Below, in pieces: positions 40,305 through 55,210 of a stretch of 64,000 bases of DNA. Every line of letters starts with the position of its first letter. Position 1 is the first letter of the stretch. A program made the position numbers and the translations under genes. The notes under the pieces are model-generated. The model saw nothing but the letters and a program-made list of their open reading frames with translations. It was not told the DNA's origin and did not search any database. Origin of the DNA: Octopus vulgaris (Eukaryota); NCBI GenBank assembly GCA_951406725.2, contig OX597819.1, forward strand, positions 125,922,001 through 125,986,000. Direction: 5' to 3'.

Positions 40305-40664
40305 AGGCGCAGGAGTGGCTGTGTGGTAAGTAGCTTGCGTGGCACCTTGGGCAAGTGTCTTCTACTATAGCCTCGGGCCGACCAAAGCCTTGTGAGTGGA
40401 TTTGGTAGACGGAAACTGAAAGAAGTTCGTCGTGTATATGTATATATATGTGTGTGTCTGTGTTTGTCCCCCCAACATCACTTGACAACCGATGCCGGTG
40501 TGTTTACGTCTCTGTAACTTAGCGGTTCGGCAAAAGAAACCGATAGAATAAGTACTAGGCTTACAACGAATAAGTCCTGGGGACTATTTGCTCGACTAAA
40601 AGCGGTGCTCCAGCATGGCCGCTGTCAAATGACTTAAACAAGTAAAAGAGTAAAAGAGTAAAGA
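40305..40664 (+). mobile_element. SINE B
   Basis: Family B head (B-box segment deleted), body and (GTAAAAGA)n tail. Confidence 0.85.
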
Positions 40665-41076
40665 GTATAACTGAAAGAAAGCTGTTTTAATTTCAGAAAC
40701 GGGAGAAGAAAAGAACCCAGTCCACCGCGTCAGATAAATTAAACAAATACGAAGGGAAAAGCGAACGATACTATTCAACTGAACGAATTAGAAATTTATG
40801 AAGCAGGACATTTACACGGAAATAAATAAGTAGACGTCTGATGAAATGCATAATAATTAAAACAAGATAATTATACTAAAACTTCATTGTCTTTTACTTC
40901 TAAGAGCCCTCGATTTTACTTGATCCAGTGAATTCTGTTAAGAGCGGGAAATGACCTGTTGTGAAAGGTCGCGCAAATGCCCTTTCCACGATACTTAACA
41001 TCCAAGTACCAATCTCAAACTCCTCGCTGTTCCCCATTGAGCAGTTTTTTGAGTGCACACACACAGACACGCACAT

Positions 41077-41144
<68 letters not shown>

Positions 41145-41160
41145 ACACACATGCCTCATT

Positions 41161-41285
41161 CACTAGCGTAGGGGCGGTAGGGACGGTCCGTCCCGAGCGG
41201 CAGTTTTAAAGGAAAGGCACTTTTGGGCCTGCTGTAGGCAATATGAGTTTTTTTGTGGGCGGCACACACTTTAGCCACGCTAGTG
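41161..41285. mobile_element. Short hAT-like MITE
   Basis: TIRs cactagcgtag / ccacgctagtg. Flanks gcctcatt and acctcagt (6/8 match) suggest a decayed 8-bp TSD. Confidence 0.65.
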
Positions 41286-41439
41286 ACCTCAGTACATCCT
41301 TTCAATCATTTTTCATTAGCTATCCCCAAGTGTTGATCTTGTCTTTCCCTTCCATTTCTCTGGGGTATTTCCTATGCAGCGTTTTCATTCTCCAGTTGTT
41401 TATAATCTTTCTTCTCTTTGTTCTTAAATATTTCTGAGT

Positions 41440-42505
41440 GTCATATTTTCACAAGATATCTTATGGACATTTATAAGAGCGACAAACAAAGCCTCAATCT
41501 GCTGTTTGACATACCATTCCAGACCGTTTTCCCCATTGACTACACATCTTGCATCCTATGAGACCTATTCCTCCCTTGTATCTAGGCACATACAATCTAT
41601 CGATATCAGTTTTAGGGCGCAGTTCCTTGTTCATTGTCATCATTTCCTGACTTTTCAGTTCATATCCTGCAGCTCATTCTCTGTCCACTTAACAACACAT
41701 GTGCCAAATCGAATTAGGGAAACAGCCCATGTATTCATTGCCCTGATCTTCATCTTGCCATTGAGTCATCTCTCCGTAATTAATTTGGTTCTTCTGAGGT
41801 ATATTCGCCAAAAGCTTTCCTTTATGCAGGTCATTTGGTAAGAGCCGAACACTCACACGTAGTCTTCAATGTGAGAGACCATCTTTTACGCTTTTACTTG
41901 TTTCAGTCATTTGACTGCGGCCATGCTGGAGCACCGCGATTTTGTCATACTCCAAAATACCCAGATACTTATATCCATCTCAATATCCTTGATTCTCTCG
42001 CCGTTGGGTAATTCAACACCATCATATGACACTACTTTGCCTTTTTTTTTAATGACGAGCATACTACACTTTTAACCCCAAAACTCCATCCCGCTATCCT
42101 TACTGAATATCTGCACATTTGAAACCAGACCATTTATTTCATGTTCACTCTTACCGAAGATCTTAAACTCATCCATATATAACATGTGATATAACTTTTC
42201 TCAATTTTTCAAAGTGTACCCTGATGTCACTGTCTGTAATATCTGTGTGAGGGTTATCGTACAAATTACAAACAGTAATGGCGACAGGCTGTCTCCCTGA
42301 AATATGCTTCTCCTGATGTTAACCTTTGCCAAACATTTTCCACATGATGTTCACTCTGTATTTCAGTTCTATATAGATCCCCTGATCAATGGAGGATTTA
42401 AAATTTAAAATGTATCAATTCAAGACATTCTGAAATCCAGGAATGGTGGTGGTGGGGGGGGGGGGGGGGGTGAGGCATGTCGTAAGTTTTCTTATAATCG
42501 ATACA
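41440..42505 (-). mobile_element. R4/Dong-type non-LTR retrotransposon RT remnant
   Basis: Minus-strand peptides IDYKKTYDM..HSWISECL, RRSIFQGDSLSPLLFVIC, HMLYMDEFKIFGK, YKYLGILE, NGKMKIRAMNTWAVSLIRFG. Interrupted by a SINE B tail at ~41882-41937. Confidence 0.8.
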
Positions 42506-42747
42506 TGCCATACACAGATTATAATCGCTCCACGCCGTACGCAGATTCTTCTCTTGCAGTCATTCAGCACCATTCTTCACACACCACCTTGATAATAATA
42601 ATAACAGTGATGAGTATTTCTTCCAGTGGCACAAAGATTCTTAAGATAATTGTTCATGAATTAGGCACAAAGGCCAGCAATTTTGACGGAAGGAAGTTAG
42701 TCAATACCACCGACTTTAGTGCTTGACTGATATTTACTTCTTTTGAA

Positions 42748-43164
42748 GGCGGCGAGCTGGCAGACACGTTAGCACGCCAGGCGAAATGCGTAGCCGTATT
42801 TCGTCTGTCGTTACGTTCTGAGTTCAAATTCCGCCGAGGTCGACTTTGCCTTTCTTCCTTTCGGGGTCGATAAATTAAGTACCAGTTATGCACTGGGGTC
42901 TATATAATCGACTTAATCCGTTTGTCTGTCCTTGTTTGTCCTCTCTGTGTTTAGCCACTTGTGGGTAGTAAAGAAATAGGTATTTCATCTGCCGTTACGT
43001 TCCGAGTTCAAATTCTGCCGAGGTCGACTTTGCCTTTCATTCTTTCGGGGTCGACAAATTAAGTACCAGTTCCGCACTGGGGTCGATATAATCGACTTAA
43101 TCCGTTTGTCTGTCCTTGTTTGTCCCCTCTATGTTTAGCCCCTTGTGGGTTGTAAAGAAATAGG
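42748..43164 (+). mobile_element. SINE A dimer bounded by one 14-bp TSD
   Basis: tatttacttctttt at 42731-42744 and 43165-43178. Internal junction aaagaaata|ggtatttc at ~42978. Confidence 0.85.
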
Positions 43165-44189
43165 TATTTACTTCTTTTTTTTCGGCGGCTTCGGAGGTAA
43201 AAAGGCAATATCGACATTAGCAGGATTCGAACTAAGACCATAAAGAACCGGAGGAAATACCGCAAGGCATTTTTCCAACGCTCGGAATTTATTGGAGCTT
43301 TGGAAAAATTCTGCCACCTCCTCGCCTTAAAGCTTATTGAGATAACAACAACAACAGCAGCAACAACTACAATAATAACAATTTCTCTCACACAGGCAAA
43401 CGGACAATGACGACAACGACTGTAGCGGCAGTAACACCACCACCACCATCAACAACAACAACACCACCACCATCAACAACAACAACAACAACAACATAAC
43501 CACCACCACCACCACCATCACCACCACCACCACCATCACCACCACCACCACCATCACCACCACCACCATCAACACCACCACACCACCACCACCATCAACA
43601 CCATCACCACCACCACCATCAACACCACCACCACCACCACCACCACCACCACCACCACCACCATCACCACCACCACCACCATCAACACCACCACCACCAC
43701 CACAACCATCACCACCACTACCACAACCACCATCAACACCACCACCACCACCACCACCACCACCACCACCACCACCACCACCACCACCACAACCACCACA
43801 ACCTTCAACATCAACAACGATAACAACCATAACACTGGCAAAAACGAGATATAGAACTATCCGTTCCAGCGAAAATGGCAATATTAATAATTCAACTGCA
43901 TCAGTATCCCGTCCATAAACATGGACCCCTCGACCCCCATGTTTCCCTTCGAAAGAGGAACGTTGCACACTCAGTATGCTGGGTCCCCAAAAATAACAAT
44001 AAAGGCAGTTTATTATCCCCTTGAGAATCAGAAGGGTTTCGGGGAAATCACTGGCGTTATTTATCTATTTGTTTATTATTGTTTTAGACTTTTTCCTCTT
44101 TTTTTTTATGAATTTTTCATTTCGCTTTCCTTTTCGTTTGTTTATTTCTTTACTTAATTACTTTACATTCCTTATACATTTCTTTCTTT

Positions 44190-44363
44190 ATTTCTCTTCC
44201 TTCTTTCTTTCTTTCTTTTCCTTCTTTACTTTCACGTTTTCTTTCCTCTTTCTCCTTACCCTACTTGTCTTTCTTTCTTTCTTCCTTTCTTTCTTTCTTT
44301 CTTCTTTCTTCCTTTCTTCCTTTCTTTCTTTCTTTCTTCCTTTCTTTCTTTCTTTCTTTCTTG

Positions 44364-44434
<71 letters not shown>

Positions 44435-44476
44435 TTTCTTCCTGCCTTTCTTTCTTTCTTCCTGCCTTTCTTTTTT

Positions 44477-44515
<39 letters not shown>

Positions 44516-44589
44516 GCCTTTCTTCCTTCCTTTCTTTCTTTTTTTCTGTTCTTCTCTTTCTTTCTTCTTTCTTTTTTTTCTTTCTTTCC

Positions 44590-44648
<59 letters not shown>

Positions 44649-44670
44649 TTCCTTCTTTCCTTCTTTCTTT
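44190..44670. repeat. (TTTC)n polypyrimidine tract
   Basis: Directly visible. Smaller equivalent at 17405-17540. Confidence 0.9.
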
Positions 44671-45516
44671 TCATTATTTACTCTCAATCTCTTTATATAA
44701 TTAATAACCCCATCAGATGTACAGAGATAATTTATTTGACCACAACTTCGGACAGAAATAGAAGAAAGTCTTCTTTTTGCTTTTTCTCCAATCTCTATTC
44801 CCACCCTTGCCGTCATCATCGTCATCGTCGTTTATTCTCCCACGAACGATTACTCTCTAGTCATCGTCGAATATTCTTTTTTTCTGTTACTTTTTATACT
44901 CTCCCTATTTTAAAATTTCGTTTTAGGATATCTAGAACGAAGCGCTTCATCCGGGATCATCAATCTGGCAGAGTTCATCATCATGGTGGTGCTTTTGTTA
45001 CTGTCAATGCGGTCTCTTCCTCCTCCCCTTTCTCTCTCTAAGGCGGCGAGCTGGTAGAAACGTTAGCACGCCAGACAAGATGCTTAGCAGTATTTCATCT
45101 GCCGCTACGTTCTGAGTTCAAATTCCGCCGAGGTCAACTTTGCTTTCATCCTTTCGGGGTCGATTAAATAAGCACCAGTTACGCACTGGGGTCGATATAA
45201 TCGACTTAATCCGTTTGTCTGTCCTTGTTTGTCCCCTCTGTGTGTAGCCCCTTGTGAGCAGTAAAGAAACAAGAATCGTCAGCACGCTAGACAAGATGCT
45301 TAGCAGCATTTCTTCCGGGTCTTTACGTTCTGAGTTCAAACGCTGCAGAGGATAACTTTGTCTTTCGTCTTTTCACAGACGATAAAATACGTACTAATCA
45401 AACATTGGGTTCGGCGTAATCGACTAACCCCTCCTTTATGTATGTACGTACGTATGTATGTATGTATGTATGTATGTATGTATGTATGTATGTATGTATG
45501 TATGTATGTATGTATG

Positions 45517-46066
45517 TCAGGCCACTTTCGAGTGCTACTGGTAACATATAACCCAGTACAACCTGTTGCATGGTCGGCTCGTTGGCGACTAAACCGGCAA
45601 CCCCACCAAGCTTGCTTGGTGAGGAGGGTGTTTATTGGACACCCTGCGGGATGAAAAACAAAACCCGTCAAAGGGCGGAGGAACTCTTGAGAGTCAACGG
45701 CTATCCAATAAATGTCATAAGGCTGGATCATGCGCTGGGACATAGAAATAATCGGACTGAATACCCAATCGCGCGGTTAAACCATTGGGAGTGAATGACT
45801 CCTAGCCTTTGTTAGGGCATCCTTCTGGGAGAAGGTAACTCAGGTAACTAGGATAACTCCGACATAAAACCTGCGGCTCAGTGGTTACCGATGATGTTGA
45901 CTTGTTCTTCTTTTCGGATTATGGCTGCTGTTGCTTAGTGAATGGGATTGACTCAGTGCACAGCCTTTCCTCACTTTAAAAAAATCTTCTTGCACAGGCA
46001 TTGCACGATAACAACATTGATTAAGCTTCGTGCAATGGCCATACTCGATAACGAGGGGGCAGCCAC
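45517..46066 (+). mobile_element. Non-autonomous RTE-derived element inside (TATG)n, with HDV-like fold at its 5' end
   Basis: Flanked on both sides by (TATG)n, no ORF. Contains gggcatccttctgggagaaggtaactc...aaaacctgc, resembling RTE 5' UTRs, and an RTE-like 3' end (ctcgataacgagggggcagcca). Confidence 0.6.
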
Positions 46067-48339
46067 TATGTATGTATGTATGTATGTATGTTTATGTTCG
46101 ATTCAGCTTCGATGATCAGACCACTGATCAAAAGCATTCCAGCCATGGCCTTCCCATGTTTTAGCAATGCATGGGACTACATCGTTTTATTTGTTCTTTT
46201 TTAAAGCAAGAGGAAGTGTGTAACTGGAGGAAGATTTGTCTTTTGTCTCTAGCCTGTCAAGTGACATTGTAGTGGCTTTCTTGTTGGCTCTAATAGAAGT
46301 TTCTAGATTTTTGACAAGGCACTTCGTTCACTTAGCCTAGGTTGTTGTCTTTTTTTATTTTTTATCTCCAAGTCAATCTGATTCATCAAACCTGTGATTA
46401 AAAGCTTTTCAGCCGTGACCATCACATATTTAAATACAATATGTTTTTCATTCTTTTAAGGCGATGGGTGGAATTTTAGTGAAATTTGGTTGTTACTTTT
46501 AGCTGGTTGAACAACCACATAAAAGCGGATCCTTTATGAATATAAGAATTCAAGAATGTGTAGAAAGCTATAGTGAAATTCCCTAACATTTTTGCTGCTA
46601 AACTTATAGTACATTGGATCAGTCTTTGAGAGAACCAAAGATATGATAAAACACTAGATTTCTAAAATGTGAACTACGATCGGGAAATATTTAACAGAAA
46701 CTAAATTATCGTCTAAGACCTGAAATTCTAGAATTCTTTCAGAAATTGGGAAATTGAAAATGAAGTATAGTTATATAAAAAAAAGAAGAAAAAAACCCAT
46801 TATTCATTATATATTTAATTTTTTTTTTGTCTTTGAGAGCTGAATATTGACAAATGGTAAAGTAACGTATTAAATGAATTTCAGAATTTAGCATCGCCAA
46901 CATGTCTCTCTCTTCAATACCTTCTGGAATTGAGATTCTTTTCATGCCTTTGGTGTCAACAGGGGCCGATTCAATCCAGTAAATTCCCATTTACCCAAAA
47001 ATTGCACAAAATTTACTCAAAAAACACATTTAAGGGCAACGTTTGTATGTGTTTAAAGAGCGTCTTTTATTGGCTTATTCGAGTATCTTAAGTCCCTAAA
47101 CTGCATCTAATAATAATCATCAATATTTCAGCTGTAGCTGTGTTTGTTTAACTCCAGGGTCAGCTCTAAATGAGCAAAACAATTCACAAAAATATTTCAA
47201 CCAAGACCAGCAAGTCTTTTACCAATGTGCAGGAAATCCAAGAACGCGTTGTCTAACATTTTAAGGTAATTGGGTGTGATTTGTGGATTTGTTTGCTATT
47301 TCTAACAGGATGAGAAACTATTGTAAAGGTGTCTTCAATGGTTAGATAGATAGCCCAACATTAGAACGTCGAACAAAATATCTTTGCCGTGTTTAGTAAC
47401 GGCTATTTACGTTCAAATCCTGCCAGAATCATCTCTAACTTTAATTGTGCCAGGGCCGATAAAGTAAATATCCGCCACTTCTCAAGACAAAACCAGCGAT
47501 ACAGGGTGTGTGACATGGTTTAACTTTTGACTTACAAGAGCAATCAATTTGATAGGCTACCACACAGTTTCCGTCTCTCTGATTTCAATCACAAGGTTTG
47601 AATCGACCTGAGGCATTAGTCAAAATCACTTACCATACATTGTCATACATTGGGATCGATCACGCGAATTTTGTTTTATTCATTCGCCTATTCTGCGCCC
47701 ACACAACAACAGTGTAGAAAAGTGGACACAAGCCTTTCTGTTCTCGGTTGATTGTCTGGTTTCACTACGGACATCGGCAAAATCACTCTGTATTCGAGAC
47801 GATATAAAATCAATATTTCATCTTTGATTCCATAAAACTCTTTTCAACATCAAAGACCATCACAAAAACAGCAGCAGCAACAGCAACATTCAAATATTGC
47901 CATATCAGCAAACCACCATCTTCTAACGCTTTCAATATCAAAAATGTCCATCTCAAGCTCTTCTTCCTCTCTATTTGACTCATTCTTTTTAACCTCCTGC
48001 CTTAAAAATGCCATAAAATGTATCTTTGACTTTTCACTCTTCGTCCAACACCAGCATCACCACCAGTGCTGGCTCTCGCCTCAGATATTATTATAATTGT
48101 TATTAATATTGTTATTGTTTGTTTGAACTCTGATTAAGAGATATTTTCTTCCAAAATTACTTGATGGCAAAATAAATAAATAAATAAATAAATGAATTTC
48201 AGTTCACTTTACTAACAAATTACTTCTTAATATTCAAACGCATACTTCATTACCTGGGTTGGAAGCGAATATGTTTTTAAACGTGTATATATTTTTTCAC
48301 GGTACTTATTTATACTTATTCCTGACTCAAAGGGGTCAC

Positions 48340-49895
48340 AAATGTGGAAGCAATTGGAGGTATTAGTCACAAATGGCATCACTAAATATCCACCACCATA
48401 AAATGTTTGAAAATACGAAGAGCAGAACAGAAAGAAAGAAAGAAAGACATCGGAGCCTCAGCGCATGTCTGCGCACCATTAGACATAGCATGCACATAGC
48501 ATTCTCCATTCCGCAGCTGCTAATAGCAGAAGGATCGTCTGACGAGCGGGACACGTCGCTTCCACAGAAAGTGAAAAAGTAAGCGCTCAAGCTCGATCAC
48601 CCACGAAGCAGAGCAAGGGACGATGGTCAGGCAGTAGTAGATGACGGATGGGATCTACGCATTCATCACCTCTACTTGGCCCTCCAGGGACAGCTTCCAT
48701 TCCTGCGTAAGACTGACCACCCTGTTAGTCACCTCCCCACAGCTCCAGTCCACTTGGAGGGCTGGACCAACCAGACACCAAGCAATTTAACCGGTCCTTC
48801 CATTCAGATGCCGAGCAGCAGGTCCACCGACTTCTCCTGCCTGATCTTTGCTCCAATCACCGCTTTGTATTCCCTTAGGGTAGTTTAGATCACTTCAATT
48901 TCCAAGGTGTCCGATACTATTACGGCGAATTCGTCCGCATAAGCCGATACGAACCTTCCGCATTCCAGTTCACGTGGGGTACCCCTCGAAACATCCAGTT
49001 TCTGTCGACAGTCAGCACATACGGGAGTCAGAGTGGGCATCCTTGACGGAACGTGCGATGCTAAATGATTCCAATAAGTGGCCATTCACTTTGACCACCG
49101 AACAGATGTCGCTGGATATTGCAACGATCCAGCCTTTGAAAACCGGACCAAAACCGGCCAACACGAAGACAGCCTTCAAATATTGATGGTCGATTCTATC
49201 AAAAGCTTTTGATTGATCCAAATTCATCAGGGCTTCACCTAAGCCGGGTTCCTTACCAATCTTCTCTATGATGTAACGTGCCAGGTGGAATTTGTCGTGG
49301 ATAGATATGTTTGGGATAGCGCATTCTGTGCGTCACCGACCAGTTTATTGACGACTAGCACCAAGCTCCCGGCTAACAACTTGGTCAAAATTTTATAACT
49401 GCGTTTAGCAGAGTTACGGGCCTACAATTATCTTTTTCGTCCTCATTGTTCGAGTCCTTTCTTAGCACGACGCTACGGCTCACAGTACTGGGAATGCTCA
49501 CGTTCTATTGCCAGTTGCAGTAGACATCCGCAAAGAGATCACTGTACAAGTCTGGCATATGAAGATACATCTTGAAGGGCGGACCATCCACCCCCGGAGA
49601 CATCTCTCTAGTGTAGTTTGTCATCGCGCCTCGTATATCTTTTGCAGAACTCCACATACCTGGCGCGGTGGCATAGGAGGTATGATCCACCTCCGGCCGG
49701 CCCCACCACGCACCCCGTACACATAAGCAAAGTGCGGCTGAAATTCCGCACATATCTGCTTGTGCAGTATGCAATCGTCCCGGTCCGTCAGAGACAAAAT
49801 TGTGGATTTGTTTCCACACTGCGCCTCTGCCACCCGGCCCCACAGAAGAGTTTTCATCTTCACGTGTCTTAATGCACGCGCCATAGCTTTCACAA
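48340..49895 (-). mobile_element. L1/Tx1-clade ORF2 RT remnant
   Basis: Fragments SPGVDG, NLDQSKAFDRIDHQYL...GFGPVFKGWI...VKVNGHL.ESFSI.RSV, SAYADE, with many frameshifts. Confidence 0.85.
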
Positions 49896-49982
49896 CATGG
49901 CCTTGGAATGGTGTTTAGTGACTGCTTTATGATGAATAGTGTACGGTAAATGGTGTATGGTGTATGGCATGTTGTGTCCTTG

Positions 49983-50212
49983 GCGGCTAGATGGCAGAAA
50001 CGTTAGCACGCCGGGCGAAATGCTTAGCGGTATTTCGTCTGCCGTTTCGTTCTGAGTTCAAATTCCACCGAGGTCGACTTTACCTTTCACCCTTTCAGGG
50101 TCGATAAATTAAGTACCAGTTATGCACTGGGGTCTATATAATCGACTGAATCCGTTTGTCTGTCCTTGTTTGTCCTCTCTGTGTTTAGCCCCTTGTGGGT
50201 AGTAAAGAAATA
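49983..50212 (+). mobile_element. SINE A with 17-bp TSD
   Basis: ggcatgttgtgtccttg (49966-49982) and ggtatgttgtgtccttg (50213-50229). Confidence 0.85.
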
Positions 50213-50431
50213 GGTATGTTGTGTCCTTGAGCAAAACACTTAATTTTCCGTTTCTGCAGTGAGCATGGTAGATAACGAGTACTAGTCGGGTATTCGTCGG
50301 GCGAGAACTGCTTTTCTCGTCAGTTATCACCTGACGATATCTGTTGCATGAAACACGAGTCACGAAAAGGTAGTTCAGTTTAAATAAGATTGTATGTGTG
50401 TGTGTGTGTTTATGTCTGTGTGTGTGTACAT

Positions 50432-50467
<36 letters not shown>

Positions 50468-51355
50468 CTGCATGCGCATGTGTGTGCATGCCCATGTATG
50501 TATGTATGTATTATGCATGTATGTATGCGTTTGTAATGTTTAGAAGATCTGGCCTATTACTTCAAATAATGTTGAGCCTGGGTGACGTAACTGTGAAAAC
50601 CATATCACATTTACATCCTATTGTCTTATGTAAGTATGATACAATATGTAAAATCTACACTGCGAATACACCTCATAGAAATACCAGCTGATTCTCCATC
50701 AAATCACGCACTACCAGACTCTGGCAACAAGAAAGCATCCGTTAGTATCTAAAAATGCCAGAAATGGCAGTTAAATTTCCTTGAATTAAAACTTTAAAAT
50801 TTTATGTTTGTTGTTTATATGTAAGTATGAACCAACAAACGAGACCTGTGTGCATGCGCTAGATATGTAAATAAATTTTTTTTTTTTTACTAATATTTTT
50901 GTTGTTTTTGTAAAATCTTAGAAAATAATTAAGAATTTACATTTTTTGTCAAATTATTTGTCTATCTATCCAACTGTAAACATTTTAAATATTTCACTAA
51001 CTTTTTGCTATAACTTGGCAAAGGGGTACATTTTTTGCCAAAAATTGCTAAATTTGTTCCCACAGTCTTCTTTATCCACAACCAGAATTGTAAACTTTCT
51101 CTTGAAAATTTTCAAACTGGTCCAAAGTTGAGAGTTTGACAGAGACAGATTTGGGGGTAAAAAAAAAGAAAAAAAGAAAAAAAAGAAACATTTTTAATTC
51201 CCGTGAATTGTTGATTGCTTGAGATGATTGTTTTTCTTTTCGGTTTAGAGTCGAAAACAATTGCTGATAGGTCCTTGTTTATTTTCTTTCGAAGAGCAGA
51301 TAATTTCAAAACTTTATTTTTGATTTAAAAACCACTCATCACCCGCAGACGAGTA

Positions 51356-51722
51356 TCTCTCTATATATAAACGGCAAAATGTATGTCTGTGTGTGTATCC
51401 GTTATACAAATCCACAATTTTTCAGTTAGAGGGGTTGCACTTTCTATGGTCATTCAAAACCGTCCAAGGGTGGTCGTGCACATCTTTACATTTCCCCAGT
51501 CACCCTGTAAAGTCATTAAAAACTCAATAGAAGTGACTATTTTGTGAATTTTCTATCCAAAACCCAATCAAAATGCCCGAAACTTGATACGCTAATTGAA
51601 TGCCAGCTAGCTGTACGTGATTGGTCGGAGATTCGGACAGTACTCACGTGTATGTGCGCACGCACACAGCTGTATATGCATGCACTAGCACTATGACCCG
51701 GCGTTGCGGGTCATAGTGCTAG
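51356..51722 (+). mobile_element. Complete non-autonomous Helitron
   Basis: A|TCTCTCTATATATAAA 5' end, 3' hairpin and CTAG|T end, inserted between A and T with no TSD. Confidence 0.75.
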
Positions 51723-52703
51723 TAACTCGATAACATGTCATGCTTTCGCTAATTGTTTTAGCTGTTGTAGGTAGTCCTAAGCAAACATAGATACCTGCTC
51801 GGCTCTTGACTGCACCAACGTGAAGCGAGGTGCTCTACTCAAGGACACAGCACACCACTCAGTCCAGGATTTGAACTCACGGCATTCCGATCGTGAAACA
51901 AACACCCTAATCACTAGACCACGCACCATCGCTTACGCGTGTGCATGTGTGTGGGTATGCATGCACGGACACGCATACATATACAGCACATAAGCACATA
52001 CGTATGTGAATATAGAAATTAATGTAGGGAGTTATATAACTCTTCCGACTGATCTCTCTTCGCCTCCCTCCTCGGCGAAACATCATTAAGGCGAGATAAG
52101 AATGCACTGTCGTTGATTACACTTAAAGGGAAAGCAAACCAAACAGTGGAAGACCTAATGAAGGGAGGCGAAGAAATTCAAAGGAACTCAAAAAGCCCTA
52201 ATGAACAGATGGGTGTGGAGATGGGGGCGTCACTATGTCTATTTTGTTTGTTCTTTCTATGTCTTTCGTTACGTTTTTTTTTCTTCTTTTGTCTTCGTAA
52301 AATGTCAAATCAAATCAAATCAAATCAAACGTCACAAAGAAATAATGTACAAATGATGCAATAAATACGCACACTATAAAAGAGAAAGTGAAAGTGAGGG
52401 AAACAGAATGAGTGTGAGAGAGAGAGAGAGAAGGAGAGAGAGACATATATATATAGAGAGAGAGGCATATAGAGAGAGTGAGTCAGTGAATATGTAAGGA
52501 GGGGGTAGAAAAAGGGAGAGCAATGTGAGTATAATGTCGGTAAGTTAGGGAGGGACATGGAGAAAAGAGAGGATCAGAAGAAGAAGAGAGTGTGGAGGAG
52601 GGGAGAGATGACGAAAGGAAAGAACAAATGAGGGAGAAGTAGGAAAGGCTCTATATAATAAACTTCGGTTATTAAGCAACTTGCTATCTCTCTCTATATC
52701 CCT

Positions 52704-53640
<937 letters not shown>

Positions 53641-54665
53641 TGTGTGCGTCTCTATGTGTATGGGTGCGTGTGTGTGTGTTTGTGTGTGTGTATTGCGTCT
53701 AATTTGTTATCTGTATCATTTTGTTTTCTCGTTCTTACTCTCCTCTTTTCGCGCTTCTTCTAATCCTCACTCCTTCTGCTTCCATCTTCCTATCGTATTT
53801 TTCGCTCTCCCCTCCATCTTCTGCTCTATAGGAGCGCCTGTCCTTTGCAGTTTATTACAATACTTCTCTGTTGGTGGCTTTCTTTTTCTTCCTCTCTCTA
53901 TCTGTCTATCTATATATCTATCTATCTATCTGTCTTTCTGTCTGTCTATCTATTTCTATGTCTACCTTGCTGTCTCTGTTTCTTTATCGCTTATATCTCT
54001 CTCTGTCTCATTTTCTCATTTCTCGCTTTTCGCCCACACTTCCTCTACGCTCGTTGCTCGTTCTTAAATCTACAATATCTAACCAGTAATAAAAATATTA
54101 CAACAGACGCCCCCCACCGCATCTCCCCACCACCACACCACCACCACCACCACCACCACCACCACCACCATCACAACTACCACTACTCTCCACTACCACC
54201 ACAACCACCACCACCACCACCACCACCACCATCACCACCACCATCATCACCACCATCACAACTACCACTACCCTCCACTACCACCACAACCACCACCACA
54301 ACCACTACCACCACCGCCATCATCACCACCACTACCACCACCGCCACCGCCACCACCACCACCACCACCACCACCACCAACCACCACCACCACCACCACC
54401 ACCACCACCACCACCACCACCACCACCACCACCGCCGGCGCTGCCGCCACCACCACCGTCAGCAACAACAGTATCAACAAAAGCAATGAACCGAAACGAA
54501 AAAGAAATAATAATAATAACAATAATAATAATGATGATAATAATAATAATAATAACAACAACAACAACAATAATAATAACAACGATGATAAAACGACACA
54601 AAAATAAACAAGAAAACAAAAAGCAAACAAAACAACAAAGCGGCAGCAAACTCCAAACACAAAAG

Positions 54666-54710
<45 letters not shown>

Positions 54711-54772
54711 TAAATGAATAAATAAAACAAAAGAAAACACACAATAACAAAACAAAAAAGAAACAATATCTG

Positions 54773-54803
<31 letters not shown>

Positions 54804-55179
54804 CAACAGTAACAAAAAAAGCTGAACATTGATGGTGGGGGGGGGGGGATGGGCATAGCCACGCCACCCTCCAAAAAAGAAAAAAAAAACGGAAATAAAA
54901 GGGGTAAAAAAACAAACAAACATAAAAATTAAAAAGATGAGGACCGAAGAACAAACAGGATTGGAGTTTCTCTGCCCAATTCGTTGGACCTTGTAATTTC
55001 TTCGCTCCGCCTTGTTCTATGGGCTACGTAATAGGTTCCGCACCATTTGTCAGACTAAATTTAAACCTGCCTCAATGTGATGACATTTACTAACGTTTTC
55101 GACGAGATCGCTCGCTCGCTTTTTCTCTTATATATATATTGGCTCTCATCATCATCATCATCATCTTCATTGGTGTTAC

Positions 55180-55210
<31 letters not shown>

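Noticed and set aside
50331-50368. CTGACGA...GAAAC-acga-GTC hammerhead-like cores
   Set aside because: Stem II is weak and no stem I pairing is adjacent to the core. At best a dead remnant.
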